Of a stretch of 64,000 nt of DNA, positions 1 to 13,306 are shown piece after piece; position 1 is the stretch's first letter, and every line of letters begins with the position of its first letter. The position numbers and the translations under genes were made by a program. Under the pieces are notes generated by a model that saw nothing but the letters and a program-made list of their open reading frames with translations, did no database searches and was not told the origin of the DNA. Origin of the DNA: Chrysomallon squamiferum (taxonomy: Eukaryota > Animalia > Mollusca); contig CM022674.1 of assembly GCA_012295275.1 (NCBI GenBank), positions 13,826,001-13,890,000 on the forward strand, read 5' to 3'.

Positions 1-590
1 CAAAGAGATTTTAATTCTTTGGTTCATGTAAATTGATTGAAGATAAGTGATAAAAAATATATTTTGATAGATTTAAAGCCTGATAAATCTTATTTGTAAT
101 TTCTTATATAATAATATATAATATATAATATATAATTATAAAGAACAGTAGTTCAAAAACATTTAACAGGCAATATATACTTATTCTAACACAATTTTTT
201 AAAAGAGATAATAAATAAATAAATAAATAAAATAAATACACACACACAGAGATACATATATAAAAATTAATATAAAAATACCCCCCCCATTTTTCTTTTA
301 TTTCCTTTATGACAAAAACTGACTGGAAATATGAAAACAAGTTTAAAAGATTACAAATCTGATTTTAACTTACTTTTAACAGATTTGAGATAATAATTTA
401 AAAAATCTCTTATTTGACAAAAATTGTAAATATTCTTTTATGTTTTTTTTTATTTTTTCCATATAAAAATCCAGTTATTTCTATTGACAATGATTTACAT
501 ACCTTGAACAAACCCATTTGTATTCTATTCTATGAAATTCTAAAGATGCCTGTAATCTACCCTTATTTAAAAGTTATTTAATATTCTCAC

Positions 591-1988
591 ATTTGTTGGT
601 ATCTGATTTCTCAGCTCCTTTCTTAATGGCAGAAACAGTTCATCTTCTAAGTAGGTCCAGCTGTTAGGAGAACTGTCATTGATATGCTCTAAAAATTTCC
701 ACAGTGGCAAAGCTAAACTTGTAGCATCATGCAAGTGACCCTGAAAAAAAAAAAAAATAAAAATATTCCCTATGACTGTCCAAAAGTTAAAAAACAATTT
801 TAAAGAGTATGTTTTAAAAAAAATTACAAAATGTATTTAAATACATGGGAATTTTTTTGTAAAGTGGTTACATGAAATTTGATTTTATCTTGAGTCATTA
901 TAAAAAAAAAAAAAAAATTATGTATCTGTGGTAATAACAACATTATCATACTCTATGAAATAAATGTGGAATTTTTTATTAATTTTTTTTTTTCAGTGGA
1001 AAAATTTAATAGGATTATATGATTTATTATACATTCTTACATGCACTGCTTTCATTACCACTCGGTCGTTACCATAGTGATCATGGAAAAATTTGCTTGT
1101 CCAGCTGAAAGCCTTCCATTTTGGAACAATGTCTGTGATAAGGACAGGCCTGAATAAATAAAAAAAAATAAAATAAAAAAAGTAATAGTAATTTTAAAGA
1201 AATATATGCATAACAATTTAATTTAATTTAAATTTCATTGAGGCTTAATATTACTGGTAAAAGAATTGTTGTAAAATAAAACGTTTGTTTGTGTAGCATC
1301 CATTTTATATCTGCACTTCATTTTAAACCAAAAACAACCAGGGAATAAAATTTATTTTTTCTAAAATTCAGGTACCACAAACTATTTAAATTTCTTGAAA
1401 ATCATTAACTCTTATGGCACCATGTTTTTTTTAGAAAACACTGTACATCAAAAAAAAAATGTTTTATGCAGCTTATTCTTGTATATCCTTGTTTAAAAAC
1501 AAATCATCAAAAATACATTTTTTTTTTTAATTTTTTTTGAAAAAAAAAAACCTGAATGAATTAACAGTTATAAATGTGTATAACATTAGTGTGACGTCAG
1601 TGACTTAAGTCAATAAAGTCAGTGAGAGTTAATTACCACTTCAGTTCCAATTTTACAGTTTAGATAATAAAACCAACTGAATGGATGAGCCTATAGAACA
1701 GTTAGGAGATGCAACTTGGCTATATTCTTCATGTGGTGGGGCTGGGGAATTAGGTATGTCATTTAGCTGTAGGGGATATTAGTAGATCAAAAGAAGAACC
1801 TGACAATTTTGTAAAAGTAACTGTCCTCGAATGTTCTGATAAAACCTCTATGCAACAATGAGTTATGCAAGTGACACAGACTAATCATATGGAATAATCC
1901 ATTACAGTTTCCCATAGAAATATTCATTTAAATAGTAAAAAGGTAAAAAAATAATAATAATTTAAAAATTAAAAAAATTATTTGTGAA

Positions 1989-2039
<51 letters not shown>

Positions 2040-2543
2040 GTAAATAAATAAATAAAATGAAGAATAAATTAAATAAACTGTTAACATAAATAAATGAATA
2101 TAAACAGCCTGGTAAGAAAAAAATACGTAATAAAATAAACTTACAAAGAGTAAGATAAAATGTTAAAATCAAATAAACAAAAATAAACACCATTTTGCAT
2201 CATAAACGTCTCGGAACTCTTCTATGGACAGCCTAGCTCTCCTATCAATTCCACCTTCACTGTAGGGGAAATCATATTTCTGCATATTCTGATCTCGCAA
2301 AAGGAATCCAGCAGTATAGTTGTACACGTATGGCTTGGCCAGAATACTGACGCTGCCAACACTGTGCACACTCTGAGGTGGTTTGGTCAGATCATAGAAT
2401 TTGAAGTGAATAATGATACCAACAAAGGCACAGACAACACCAATAACAGGACCAAACATTCTGAGACCTTCCTGCAGTGTGAGGGTGTCACCTTTAGAAG
2501 GACTTGATAAAGCTTTCTGATTCCTCAGTTTCTGTTTTCTCAT
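591..2543 (-). CDS. JmjC/cupin-like (JMJD6/JMJD8-type) dioxygenase with N-terminal transmembrane segment; partial, 3' exons lie left of the window
   Basis: Coding exons 2543-2191 (phase 2), 1149-1041, 740-591 join in frame through GT-AG introns: MRKQK...FGPVIGVVCAFVGIIIHF (hydrophobic)...IDRRARLSIEEFRDVYDAKW/PVLITDIVPKWKAFSWTSKFFHDHYGNDRVVMKAVH/GHLHDATSLALPLWKFLEHIND...YLEDELF. The IxR...LSxEEF...PVLIT...W...WT...YG pattern is the typical entry into JmjC-only proteins. The catalytic HxD...H is not in the window. An acceptor just upstream of the ATG (~2558) implies a non-coding first exon (donor candidate ~3001). Confidence 0.75.
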
Positions 2544-2989
2544 TTTGAATCAAGAAACTAGAAAATAAAAATATGAAATGTAAATAAAATGATAAAACGT
2601 AAATAAGTTTTTAAAACGACATATTTAGGGTACTGATACTCATTGTGTACGTGACTAATGACTTACTTGTGTACGTAAACATTTGCACGTATGAATATTA
2701 TTTTTTTACATTGTTAATATTTAAATTAATTTTATCTTGAATATTGAGGTAACACTCTATTTTCGTGAAATCTATGACCGATCTCCGTACTCATGCAGCA
2801 TTTGCAAATTTTAAAACGTACAACAAAAACAAAATAATAACAAATACTTTTTCCGATTTTGGGTAATTCACGGTGACATATACAACTGCGTAAAACATTA
2901 ACTGCGCCTCAAAAAGATTATGTTGAAAAATGTCTTCATGTACGTAAATTTATTATTATTTATATTCATTTGACAGCCATATAACTGAC

Positions 2990-3579
2990 CCTTACACTTA
3001 CGTTAGCGAACGCTGTTAGATAAGAAATGAAGGTACTCGTTTCCTAGAACGCTTCAGACCGGAACCACCGAAGCATGATATTTTGTTACACGTGTGAGCT
3101 AAGGAACGCAAGACTGCAAAAAGGTCATGCGGAAAGCCCCAAACGCGGATTCAACATTTAGTAATAGAAATATTATATAATTATATTCTTTTGAAACTGT
3201 AAATTAATTAATATTAAAGATAATAATACATTTATATTAATAAAAGGAGATAGGCAGATTTTGATACACAGACAGAGATGTGGATATGTTTTTAAGGTTG
3301 TTGTTGTCGTCGTCGTATTTGATATTGTTGCTGTTATTGTTATTGAAAGTACCCCATTTTTTTAATGTTCTGCTGACAAAATAATGAAAAAGAAATATAT
3401 ATTAATGCCATCTCAGACCCATGGAAATAGTTAGTTTTTTTGTTATTGCCAGTGTTCCGGATTTGGGCTCGAGTCACAAAAAGTATCAAACGATATTAGT
3501 GCCATCTATTGGCCAGTAACCGGCAGAAATGTTGAAGTCAGAGAAATGATTAATTTTTAATGTCATTTTAGTATCTTAA
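2990..3579. promoter_or_regulatory. Bidirectional promoter region (JmjC gene / ILKAP)
   Basis: Locally CpG-rich island between two divergently oriented genes whose ATGs are ~1 kb apart; ETS-like CCGGAA at ~3059. Confidence 0.6.
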
Positions 3580-4256
3580 ATGATGGATATTTTCAGCGAT
3601 TTACCAAAACCGTCATGTAAGGAATAATAATTATTAAGTAAACGGTTTGATATTGCAATACCTGGTTTTTAAACTGACTTTTAAACTCTAAATATTGCAA
3701 ATGAAGAACAGTAACTCTTTTAAAGAGTCTTTAGCGATCTTTTTGTTTGTATATGTGTACCTCAGCATGGATTTTTATTAGTTAACGTTTTAGGATTATT
3801 GAGCAGTTATAGATAGTACAAGGAGAAAATGAAGAAAACAAAGTTTAATAATAGTAATCTCAATATTGGGACTTTTGTATTTTTAAATGATTGATCATTT
3901 AATGTGAAGCATGGATATAATAATCGTAAATTGCCAATCAATGACACTGTTATTTAAAAAGATCTAAGATTAAGCATGAATATCTTAGTTTGCACCTATT
4001 AAAGACATCATTTTAGTGCAACCATCCCAGAAAATTTTGTTTGCAATTATACCTTTTGTCAGTTATCCCTCTAGCACTACAAAGGTCTGCAGTCTTCAAA
4101 ACATCTAAATATATTGTTAAATGCACATTGTTGTAAATATCTTGTCTAGTTGTTATGTAATTTACTGCAGCAACTATACAATTTTATTATTAAAATAATA
4201 AAACGTACATCTTTTTAATTTTTAATTTTGATGTTAGAAGTTTAAAATAATATTAA

Positions 4257-4304
<48 letters not shown>

Positions 4305-4751
4305 GACCAATTAAAATATTTAAAAAAAAAAAAGGATAGAATTTTTTTTTATAGTAACATAGATAATATGTAAAATTGTACAAACAACAGATGGACATAT
4401 TTTATGACTGTCAGCAATATTTTACATTTTTTCTCTTGATAACAGTGTGTTTGTGTTTAATTTATATGAAAACATACATTCGAACTTCAATAATTTATAT
4501 ATTTACTCAAATATAGTGGCTTAGAATTTACTGCAGTGTAATTTGGTTTTATTAACACAGTCATATTTCAACTGTATAAAATGTACATCCAGCTTTATAT
4601 TCAATATAATTTATATTATATATATTTTTAAAATACATGAACTTAAAAAAAAATAATAAAATGAATATGAATGCTGAGAAACTAATAGAGCTGAAATGAC
4701 TATTTTGTAAAATAATGTTATAGTAAAGTAACTTTTTGTCTACACTGTATG

Positions 4752-4793
<42 letters not shown>

Positions 4794-7700
4794 TATATAC
4801 ACAAATCTATCTATCTATAGCTTTATCTACATCTTATTCTGTTTGAATTAAAATCTTTACAGCATCATTACAAAAGAGTGCATCAAATGTACCTGCACGT
4901 TCAGGAGGCACTGAAAGGGGAGACAATTCTGGTTTGTTTGGAGATTTACCGCCAGTGGACTGTCACGATGACAGACAGAAGATTGCAGAAAAGAGAAGAT
5001 CAGAGGAATTGATTCACGAATCGGACAACAAGAGAATTAAGATGGAATCGTCAGGTGAGAATCATTCAGAAAATATCTAAATAATAAATTACTGTGAAAT
5101 GGATGGTTGGTTGGTTGTCACTTAGATAACATTATCCAGACACAAAACTGGATAAAGGCTTCATAGTGCTCCCCTGAAAATAATGGTCTCCAGTTAGGTC
5201 CCAATAACTGATTTGTAACAAATTGTGCTTTTATACACACATACACACACACACACACACATATACACACCTATACAAATGACAGGTGCCTACAATAACT
5301 TATTTCTAATAAAATAAATGAAAATGTTGAAAACTTTCAGCTCGCTATGTGTTGAAAGGCTTTGTGGCAGACAGGAAGGGAGAGAGAGAGGAGATGCAGG
5401 ATGCCCATGTTTTGGTGGACAACTTCCATGAAGAGTTTGAAGATCTTCACCCCTCCATGTAAGTTTAAGTGCCATAATGTGACGTAAAGGTTATTTATAA
5501 TGATAGAAGCAGTAAGACTTAGAACTGACAGTGTGCAAGAGACAGCTGACATTCAAGAAATACAAATAGATTTTAGATATTAAATGTTATACAAGTATAT
5601 TTTAGATAATGGGTTACACAAGCATATTTTAGTTAACTGGTTACATGTTTAGATTTTAGATGATCAGTTACACAAACAGACTTTAGATAATTGGTTACAC
5701 AAATAGGTTTTGGTTTTCAGTTTGTAGCATAACACAGATACTGAAATTAAGAAATTCGTGTCATCTTTGTTGATTTTTTTTATAAATATTAAAGAAAAAT
5801 AAATTGTTATTAAACGTTATATAAATTTACACTTTGGTGATATGTTTGTCACTTTAAAAAACAGTTATTACTGTTGTTCTCATTATTATTCAGAAAATTC
5901 ATATCACTTTTTTTACTTTGTTATTTATTAATTTCATATTTGAATTGTATTTTTTTTCTTCAGGCTAATTATTCCTGTTAATTTAAAAACTAATTGATTT
6001 TTTTTTTTATTTTAATAATACAGATCATGCTTTTTTTTTCTACTGTACTCTTCTTCTCTGATATGATGAATAGATTTAAACTTTTTTTTTAATATTACAG
6101 GTGTTCTTGCACTATTATTGTAAAGAAAACTCATTCCTTTTGGTTATACTTTATTAATTTCAAATACCATGTCTTTCTTCAAGCTAATAATTCATATTAA
6201 TTTAACTAAACATTTTTTTTTTTTTTTTTGTAAATTTAGATCTCGCCTCTCTCTCTACTGCGTGTTTGATGGCCACGGGGGCACAAGAGCTTCAAGGTTT
6301 GCATCTGAAAATTTGCGAGTGAGCCTCCGGACTAACTTTCCGAAGGGTAATCCACGATGCCCCATAGCGCCACACACTTTAAAATAATAAAGAAAATTAT
6401 AGTAGAGAAATACAGCTAGTTTCCTAAATGGTATGTCTCCTTTGTTTGCAAAAATGCGTCACAGTGCTCCGAATTTGTGGTTCGTTACATGGTATATGTT
6501 TCAGTTTATTTAGTGAAACGGTATATTCTGTTATCTTTTTTTTTGTTTACTGCCATTTTGTAAATACAAAATGTTGGCTGTTAATAAACTAGTGATAGAA
6601 AATGGGCTGCTAGGAAAATGGATCAAAGTTCATTTCTCCTCAGTAAAATGAACCAGGAACCCCTCAAACAAACCCACTTAAATTGACTTTCCGTTGTACA
6701 AAGACTGCATGTTAATTCTGTTATATATCCATAATAAACCTTGAGAATCAGTTTGTTAAAACTAAAGTATCTGACTACATCGGTTTACTCCCATTGTATT
6801 TTTTCTCTGTGTTCTCTTAAGATTTTAATGATAGCTTTGAAAATCTAAATAGGATAAAACAATAAAAAAAAAAAAATAAAATAAAATAAATTGTTTATAC
6901 CCTTCTTTACCATTTCTTTAAATAACTGTGTTTTTATGTGCTATGTGTCTAATTTTATTTTATTTTATTTTATTCTCAGGAGATGTCGAATCAGTAGAAA
7001 AAGAAATGAAGAAATGTTTTATTGATGCGTTTAAAAAGACGGATGAAGAGTTTCTGAAGAATGCAGCCAAAAGGTGATAAACAAAAACACCTGTGTATGT
7101 GTGTGTGTGTGTGTGTGTGTGCATGCATATGTATGCATGTATTTTACATATTGTTAGATTTTGTAAATACCTTCAGTAAAATAGCATTTGAAATTATAAG
7201 TAATTATTTTTTGCTGTTAAAAAATTGTAAAAAATCTAAAGAAAACAATGTTTCTTTTAAAAAATTGGAAATGTTGAATGAAAGAATTTGAGAAGAAAGA
7301 CATGATAAAAAGAGTGATTAAGGGATATAAATAAACATATACATAGAGCAAAAAAAAAGAGAAAATGTTAAAAAAGTAAGAGACAAAACCCCCCAAAAAA
7401 TCAGTGAAAGTTTATTTACAAGTAAAATATAGACAACTTTTAATTATAATTCAGTTCCAGTTTTCCACCCTTTTTAATATGTGTATTAAAACTTACTGTT
7501 TAGTTTCAAATTGTATTTGATTTATTTCAGTAAACCAACTTGGAAAGATGGGACGACAGCTGTTGTGGTTTTGGTTGTAAATGACACACTGTTCATCGCT
7601 AATCTTGGAGACAGCAAGGTCAGTAGAGGTCAAAGGTGAAATCTTTGACATTATTTCTAAACTGCTAGGCTGTTGACGTTACATATCTATGCTGGAGATC

Positions 7701-9726
7701 AGAGGAAACTTTTAAATTTTAGATTTTATTTTTCATTTTTATTTTAGGGGATTTTATAATCTTTAAAAATAATGTGTTATTGAATGTATTAAATCAACAT
7801 CTTAAAATTTTACAAATATATTTGAAATTGTCTATCAGTTCCTCTAATAAAGGTCACTGAATAATAAAAATTAATCTTCAATCCTCATCCTATTGTACCA
7901 ATTTTCCAAGCAATTTTAATTTATTTTTAATATTGAAGTGGTACTGTAAAGTGAATATATAATGTTGTTTTTGAAGGCTGTTTTGTGTCGGTACAAGTCG
8001 GAACAGGATAAATACGTCCCCATACCTCTGTCAACAGACCACAGTCCTTCCTTGTATGAAGAGAGAATGAGAATTCAGAAATATGGCGGCCATGTCAGGT
8101 ATTTTTAGCTGTTTTGTATGAATGATTTAATCATTATTTCATTAATTTGTGAGTTGAAACGTAATGAATTACAGTTAAAATGTAATTTGTTTTAAATTAA
8201 ATGGTTCAATCAAATCACCTGTAGAACTAATTAAATGAAATGTTTCTTGAAATTAACCAGTGAAAACACCATCATAAGAATTAAACATTTATATGTAAAA
8301 ACAGCTTTTTTTCATTCATATTCCAATATTTAATTTTTTTTATAACTTTTAATACTGTCAGATTTATTAAATATCTGTGTTTCAGATGCATTGATATTAA
8401 GAAAGTGGCAACATTTGTATTTCTAAATAAAAATTCTCAATTATTTTCCATACAGTATATCACCCAAAGTCTTTTAAGTCTTTTTCAGTCTAAATTGCAA
8501 AATTAATTAATATTATTTTTTTCATTGTTTTATTATTTTAGCCTGTTAGCTGGTCACTGGACAAAATGTATTGGCTTGAAAGGCAAATAAATAATTTGTT
8601 TATTTTTTAAATTTATTTTTAAAGAGCTAAACTGGTTACATGGTAGTTTAAATAAAGTTATTTTTATTCCTGTGTTTCAGGGAGGGGAGAGTGATGGGTG
8701 TTTTAGAAGTTTCGCGGTCACTTGGCGATGGACCCTACAAAAATCACGGAGTGATCTGTCTTCCAAATGTCAAGCGATGTCCAATAACTGATAATGACAG
8801 GTGCGTGTTATATAGCACACGTTTTTCCCAATTGTTCAACAGTATCTTTCTAAATACGAGTTTTTGATGTTAATTTATTTATATCTAAAATAACCAATAC
8901 TGACAGGTTTGTGTGATAGCTTGATTTTTTAATTTGAAATTTTATATCATACTCCATGTTATTTTATGATAAAAGTCTTCTTTTATATTTAAAATAACTG
9001 ACAGTGATAGATATATATGTGATAACTTGAATAATAACTAAGTTATTGTTTTTAATATGAGTTCATATGTCTTATTCCATGTTATTTTATGATATCAATT
9101 TATTGATATTTAAAATAACTGGCAGTGACAGTTACATTAGAAATCTTGAGGTATCTCTTATTTTATTTTCTTAAATATAAGTTTATAGTCACACTTCATT
9201 TTATTTTATGGTTTGAACTTATTGACCCTAAAATAACTGTCAGTTATCTGAGTAATTTTATTTTGTGATACAAGTTAATTTATGATAAAAATGCATTTAT
9301 GATAATGATATCAACAGATATATTTATGATTTTCAGAGTTTATTTTTAAAGCTGGAGATGCCAAAGATATTTAATTGTAATTCACAAAATTTCTTTGTGA
9401 AATCCCTGTTTTTAATGTAATGTATTTCTTTACAAAGACTGAAACTCTGTTATGGGTCACTTTTAATACTTTTAATTATTAGCAGCAAATAACCTTTCAC
9501 AAAGACCCTCCCATAGACAGCAATACATATTTCAATGGTTTAACATACTAGATTGGAAAGGTGTGAAAAGCTACACCTATTTTCTCTTTATCTCTATAAC
9601 CATCAAGCCCATTGAAAGTAGACATTCCAGGCTTCTGTGTTTGTAAGCATATACATATTAAATTCTTTTTAAAAAATCTGATTAAATAATAAATTATGAT
9701 TTATTTAAATTAACTAATTTCTGTAT

Positions 9727-9761
<35 letters not shown>

Positions 9762-10800
9762 TTTTACTTTAGTTTATTTACAAACTTTGTATTTATTATT
9801 TTCTTATTTAGTTACTTACTTGCGTACTTCATTTATTTATCTATTTATTTATTTATTTATTTGTTTTCTGTTTAGATTTATTTTAATAGCTTGTGATGGG
9901 TTATGGAAAAGCTACACACTGCAGGAAAGTATTGACTTTGTAAACAAAACCAGCTCACAGGTAATTATTTTCACAAGTAATAAAAACCAACAGAAATCAT
10001 TCAGTCAAAAACTACGACTTTCATTCTTACAGTGTGAAAAGCTAACTTTGATTAACCATTTCTGTAAATGACTAAAGTAATTAATTAGTTTTTATATGTA
10101 TTTATTTTAATGTTAATTTATTAAGATGTTTATTTATTTATTTATTTATTTAATATGTTTGTGTGTGTGTATGTGTACATATATATTATATATAAGTAAT
10201 GTTTTATGTTTTATTTATATATGTATATTATATTTGATTTTATTAAATTACCTTTATATCTTTATTAAATTACTTGTTGATTTTATTAAATTATATTTAA
10301 ATATTTATTAAGGTATTTATTGAATTTATTAATATTTATTTATTGATTTTTATTAAATTATATCTGTTTTATTGGTTTTATTAAATTATTTTTATATATT
10401 TATTTATTACGTTGTTTATTGAATTTATTACATTATATTTATTCACTGATTTTCATTAACTTATATTTATCTCTTTATTGTTTATATTAAACTGTTTTTA
10501 TGTATGTATTTGTTGAATTTATTACATTTTTTTTTAATTGATTTTTATTAAATTATATTTGTTTTTATTATTTTTATGTATTTATTTATTTATTTATTAA
10601 GTTGTTTTTGAGTTTATTACATTATAGTTCATTCTTTGTGTTAGTTTAACCAGCAGGATGGAAACAACAAAGTCTGTAGTGACACGTGTTTTGAAACTGC
10701 ATGCAGTCGCCTTGCCAACGATGCTGTTCTTCGACTGAGTGGAGACAACGTCACTGTCTTAGTTGTAACAATCAGACTGAAAGACAAGACACAGTCTTGA
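3580..10800 (+). CDS. ILKAP: Integrin-linked kinase-associated serine/threonine phosphatase 2C (PP2C family), 10 exons, ~372 aa
   Basis: Exons 3580-3616, 4863-5054, 5341-5458, 6240-6346, 6980-7073, 7531-7618, 7977-8098, 8681-8800, 9876-9960, 10645-10800 (1119 nt, all GT-AG, in frame). N-terminus MMDIFSDLPKP and LFGDLPP resemble ILKAP MDLFGDLPEP. PP2C motifs: RKGEREEMQDAH, VFDGHGG, KPTWKDGTTA, ANLGDSKAVLCR, DHSP...EERMRIQKYGG, GRVMGVLEVSRSLGDG, IACDGLW, SGDNVTV. Confidence 0.95.
5568..5712. repeat. Degenerate ~29-nt minisatellite in ILKAP intron 3
   Basis: About five copies of TTTAGATAATNGGTTACACAANCANA-like units. Confidence 0.6.
8784..9245 (+). repeat. Degenerate ~105-120-nt tandem repeat anchored on the ILKAP exon 8 donor junction
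   Basis: AATAACTGATAATGACAG|GT (exon end) recurs as AATAACCAATACTGACAGGT (~8889), AATAACTGACAGTGATAGAT (~8993), AATAACTGGCAGTGACAGTT (~9114) and AATAACTGTCAGTT (~9232); the intervening units share CCATGTTATTTTATGAT. Confidence 0.6.
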
Positions 10801-12431
10801 CAAAAACACTGTTTTGTTGTTGTTAGTTGCCGATCTGATTGGAGTATGTCTTTTACAGAAAATATCTGACGATAACTGTCTTGACAGAAGTATTATTTTG
10901 TTGTTTGTTAACAACTGCTAATCTGTTTGGTTGAAACATCATTATTCATTTGGAAGGATTCAAAGGGTATGCCTTTTTTTTTTCTTTTTTTCTTCAGGAA
11001 TTAGCTGAAAATAATTTTAACTTGTGAATTTTGTTAAGAAATATTTTTAAGAATTGTTCACACAGGCAAAATGATAATAAAATTAATATTTGCTACACCT
11101 TGACAGAATGCTAATGCATGTTCGTTTTTTTGTTTTGTTCTTCTACTTCTTAGTTTTTAAACAATTTTTTATTTAAAAGAAATATGAAATCTAAAATGGG
11201 AACAAAATATTTTATCTGAAGATTACACCAAATATAATATTTTCTTTAACATTACTTAAATGAATTATGTACAGAACAATAGAATGAACCTTTTTTATTT
11301 TATTTTTATCTTTACTCTTCATATGAAAAACATTCAAGTTATATTTTGTTAACATTATATTTATAATATTAATTTAAATAATAATACTTGTAAGACTGCC
11401 ATATTATGAAATAAATGTTAATGATGTTTTGATATTGTCCTCGTTTTTTTTCTTTTTTTTAATTCTTAAAATTGTTTGTGAGAGAAATACCCGTTGCTGC
11501 TTATTCGAGCAAGATTTATTTTGTTTGGCATCAAGACATCTTTTCAAAGTAAGAATTAGCACTAATCATGGTTTTTATTGTCATCAATACAGACTGGAAT
11601 GGAAAAAAAACCAATAAGAATTTACCAAGACCATAAGTAAAATGATAAAACACACCAGTAATTATTATATTATGATTTTAATTATATAATAATAATAATG
11701 ACAGTAATACAGAGTTCAAACGTAATCACTAATTCACATAATCAAAACCCTTTGCTACATGCATGTTCATATAAAATATGTTGTATTACAAAACGGAAGA
11801 CAAAATATACTTCAGCGTAAAATACTTTACTTTTCAAACACGTAAACCATAATAATATGAAGTTAACTTAAAAGAATAACTGCTTATACTTACCTTGATT
11901 TTGCAAAAAAAATTAAAAGCATAATAGATTGTGTAAATAGCTGTCAAATATGGATCTTGTCAAATATATTATATTTATGTTAAAAAAAAGTCTTAAAAGT
12001 CTCTCATTAATTACTATTTCAGAACAAAAGTCTTTATTAAATTAAATAGTCAATTACTAGTTCCTAAGTAAGCAGTCAAAACATATCTCTAGGTCTAATT
12101 ATTCAAAATGTTTCTTGAAATTAATTTATAACTATTTAATGAAAATGTTCCTTGAAATTAACCTGCGGAAAACAGCACTGTAAGGAATGAAGGAATTACT
12201 TTAATAATAAAATGTGATTAATAATCCAATATTTACATAGAGTATTATTTTATTTTCAGCCTGTTATAACGGCTAAAGAAATAATAATTTCTTAAATGTT
12301 GTTCTATTACTTTAAAAAAAAACACACATTCATAAAAAAAAGAACAAGATGTCATGGATTCTTCCTAGTCCAACTCTGAATTGTTCATAAAATAAAAACA
12401 CAGTATAAATAGGCTTAGACAAACCTTTAGA

Positions 12432-12470
<39 letters not shown>

Positions 12471-13272
12471 GAAAACAAACTTGATACATTTTACAGCTTG
12501 TGATAAACAAAAAAGCATAGATCTATTTTTATTTTAGTGAATATAAAATTATACATAATCCTATGGACTGAAACAAACATTAATAAAAATCTTAAATTTA
12601 GAATAATAAATTACGTATTAAAAACACATCAGATCTCTATTACGTAAATACTGCATAAAGTACTATCTTTTATAAATGATTTTCTACTGGTACTCCAAAT
12701 CCAAACATTAAGAAACATTTCTCAATTTTACACATTTTCTTAGTATCTTTCTCTTCACAATTTTACTGATAATAAAAAATATAATATTGCAAATATACCT
12801 TAACAGATTATTAAACATAATAAAATTAAAAATTTGCAAAATAAGCTTCAAATAATTTTATTCAGTGTTATTATTATTATTATTGCACAAGTAATAAAAT
12901 TAATATACAGAGAATCCCCTACTTATGTTCTGACGAAATGGACAAAATCTGGAATGGTCAGTACTCATAATTTACTGATATTTTTTTGTTTATGAAACAT
13001 TATCAACCATTTTGTATTCTGTTTGTTCTATAGGACATTGCTGTCATACATAATATACAGTAATCAGAATAAGACATGATTTTATTTATTTTTCCTTTAT
13101 TTGAAATTTTTTTTAATTTTATTTTTGCTATCATTAGTAGGGGACTCCCTGCATTCAGAATTTTATTTATAGATGTAATTTGTCCACATCTGATGTATAT
13201 AAAAATAATAAAGATTAATCTAGTACCTAATACATTTATCTCATATCTGGTATTTCTCAGTTCAGAAAAAAG

Positions 13273-13306
<34 letters not shown>

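Noticed and set aside
1630-1920. GC-richer patch in the JmjC gene intron (possible cassette exon or snoRNA)
   Set aside because: No open frame with matching splice sites and no clear C/D or H/ACA architecture; probably an old repeat remnant.
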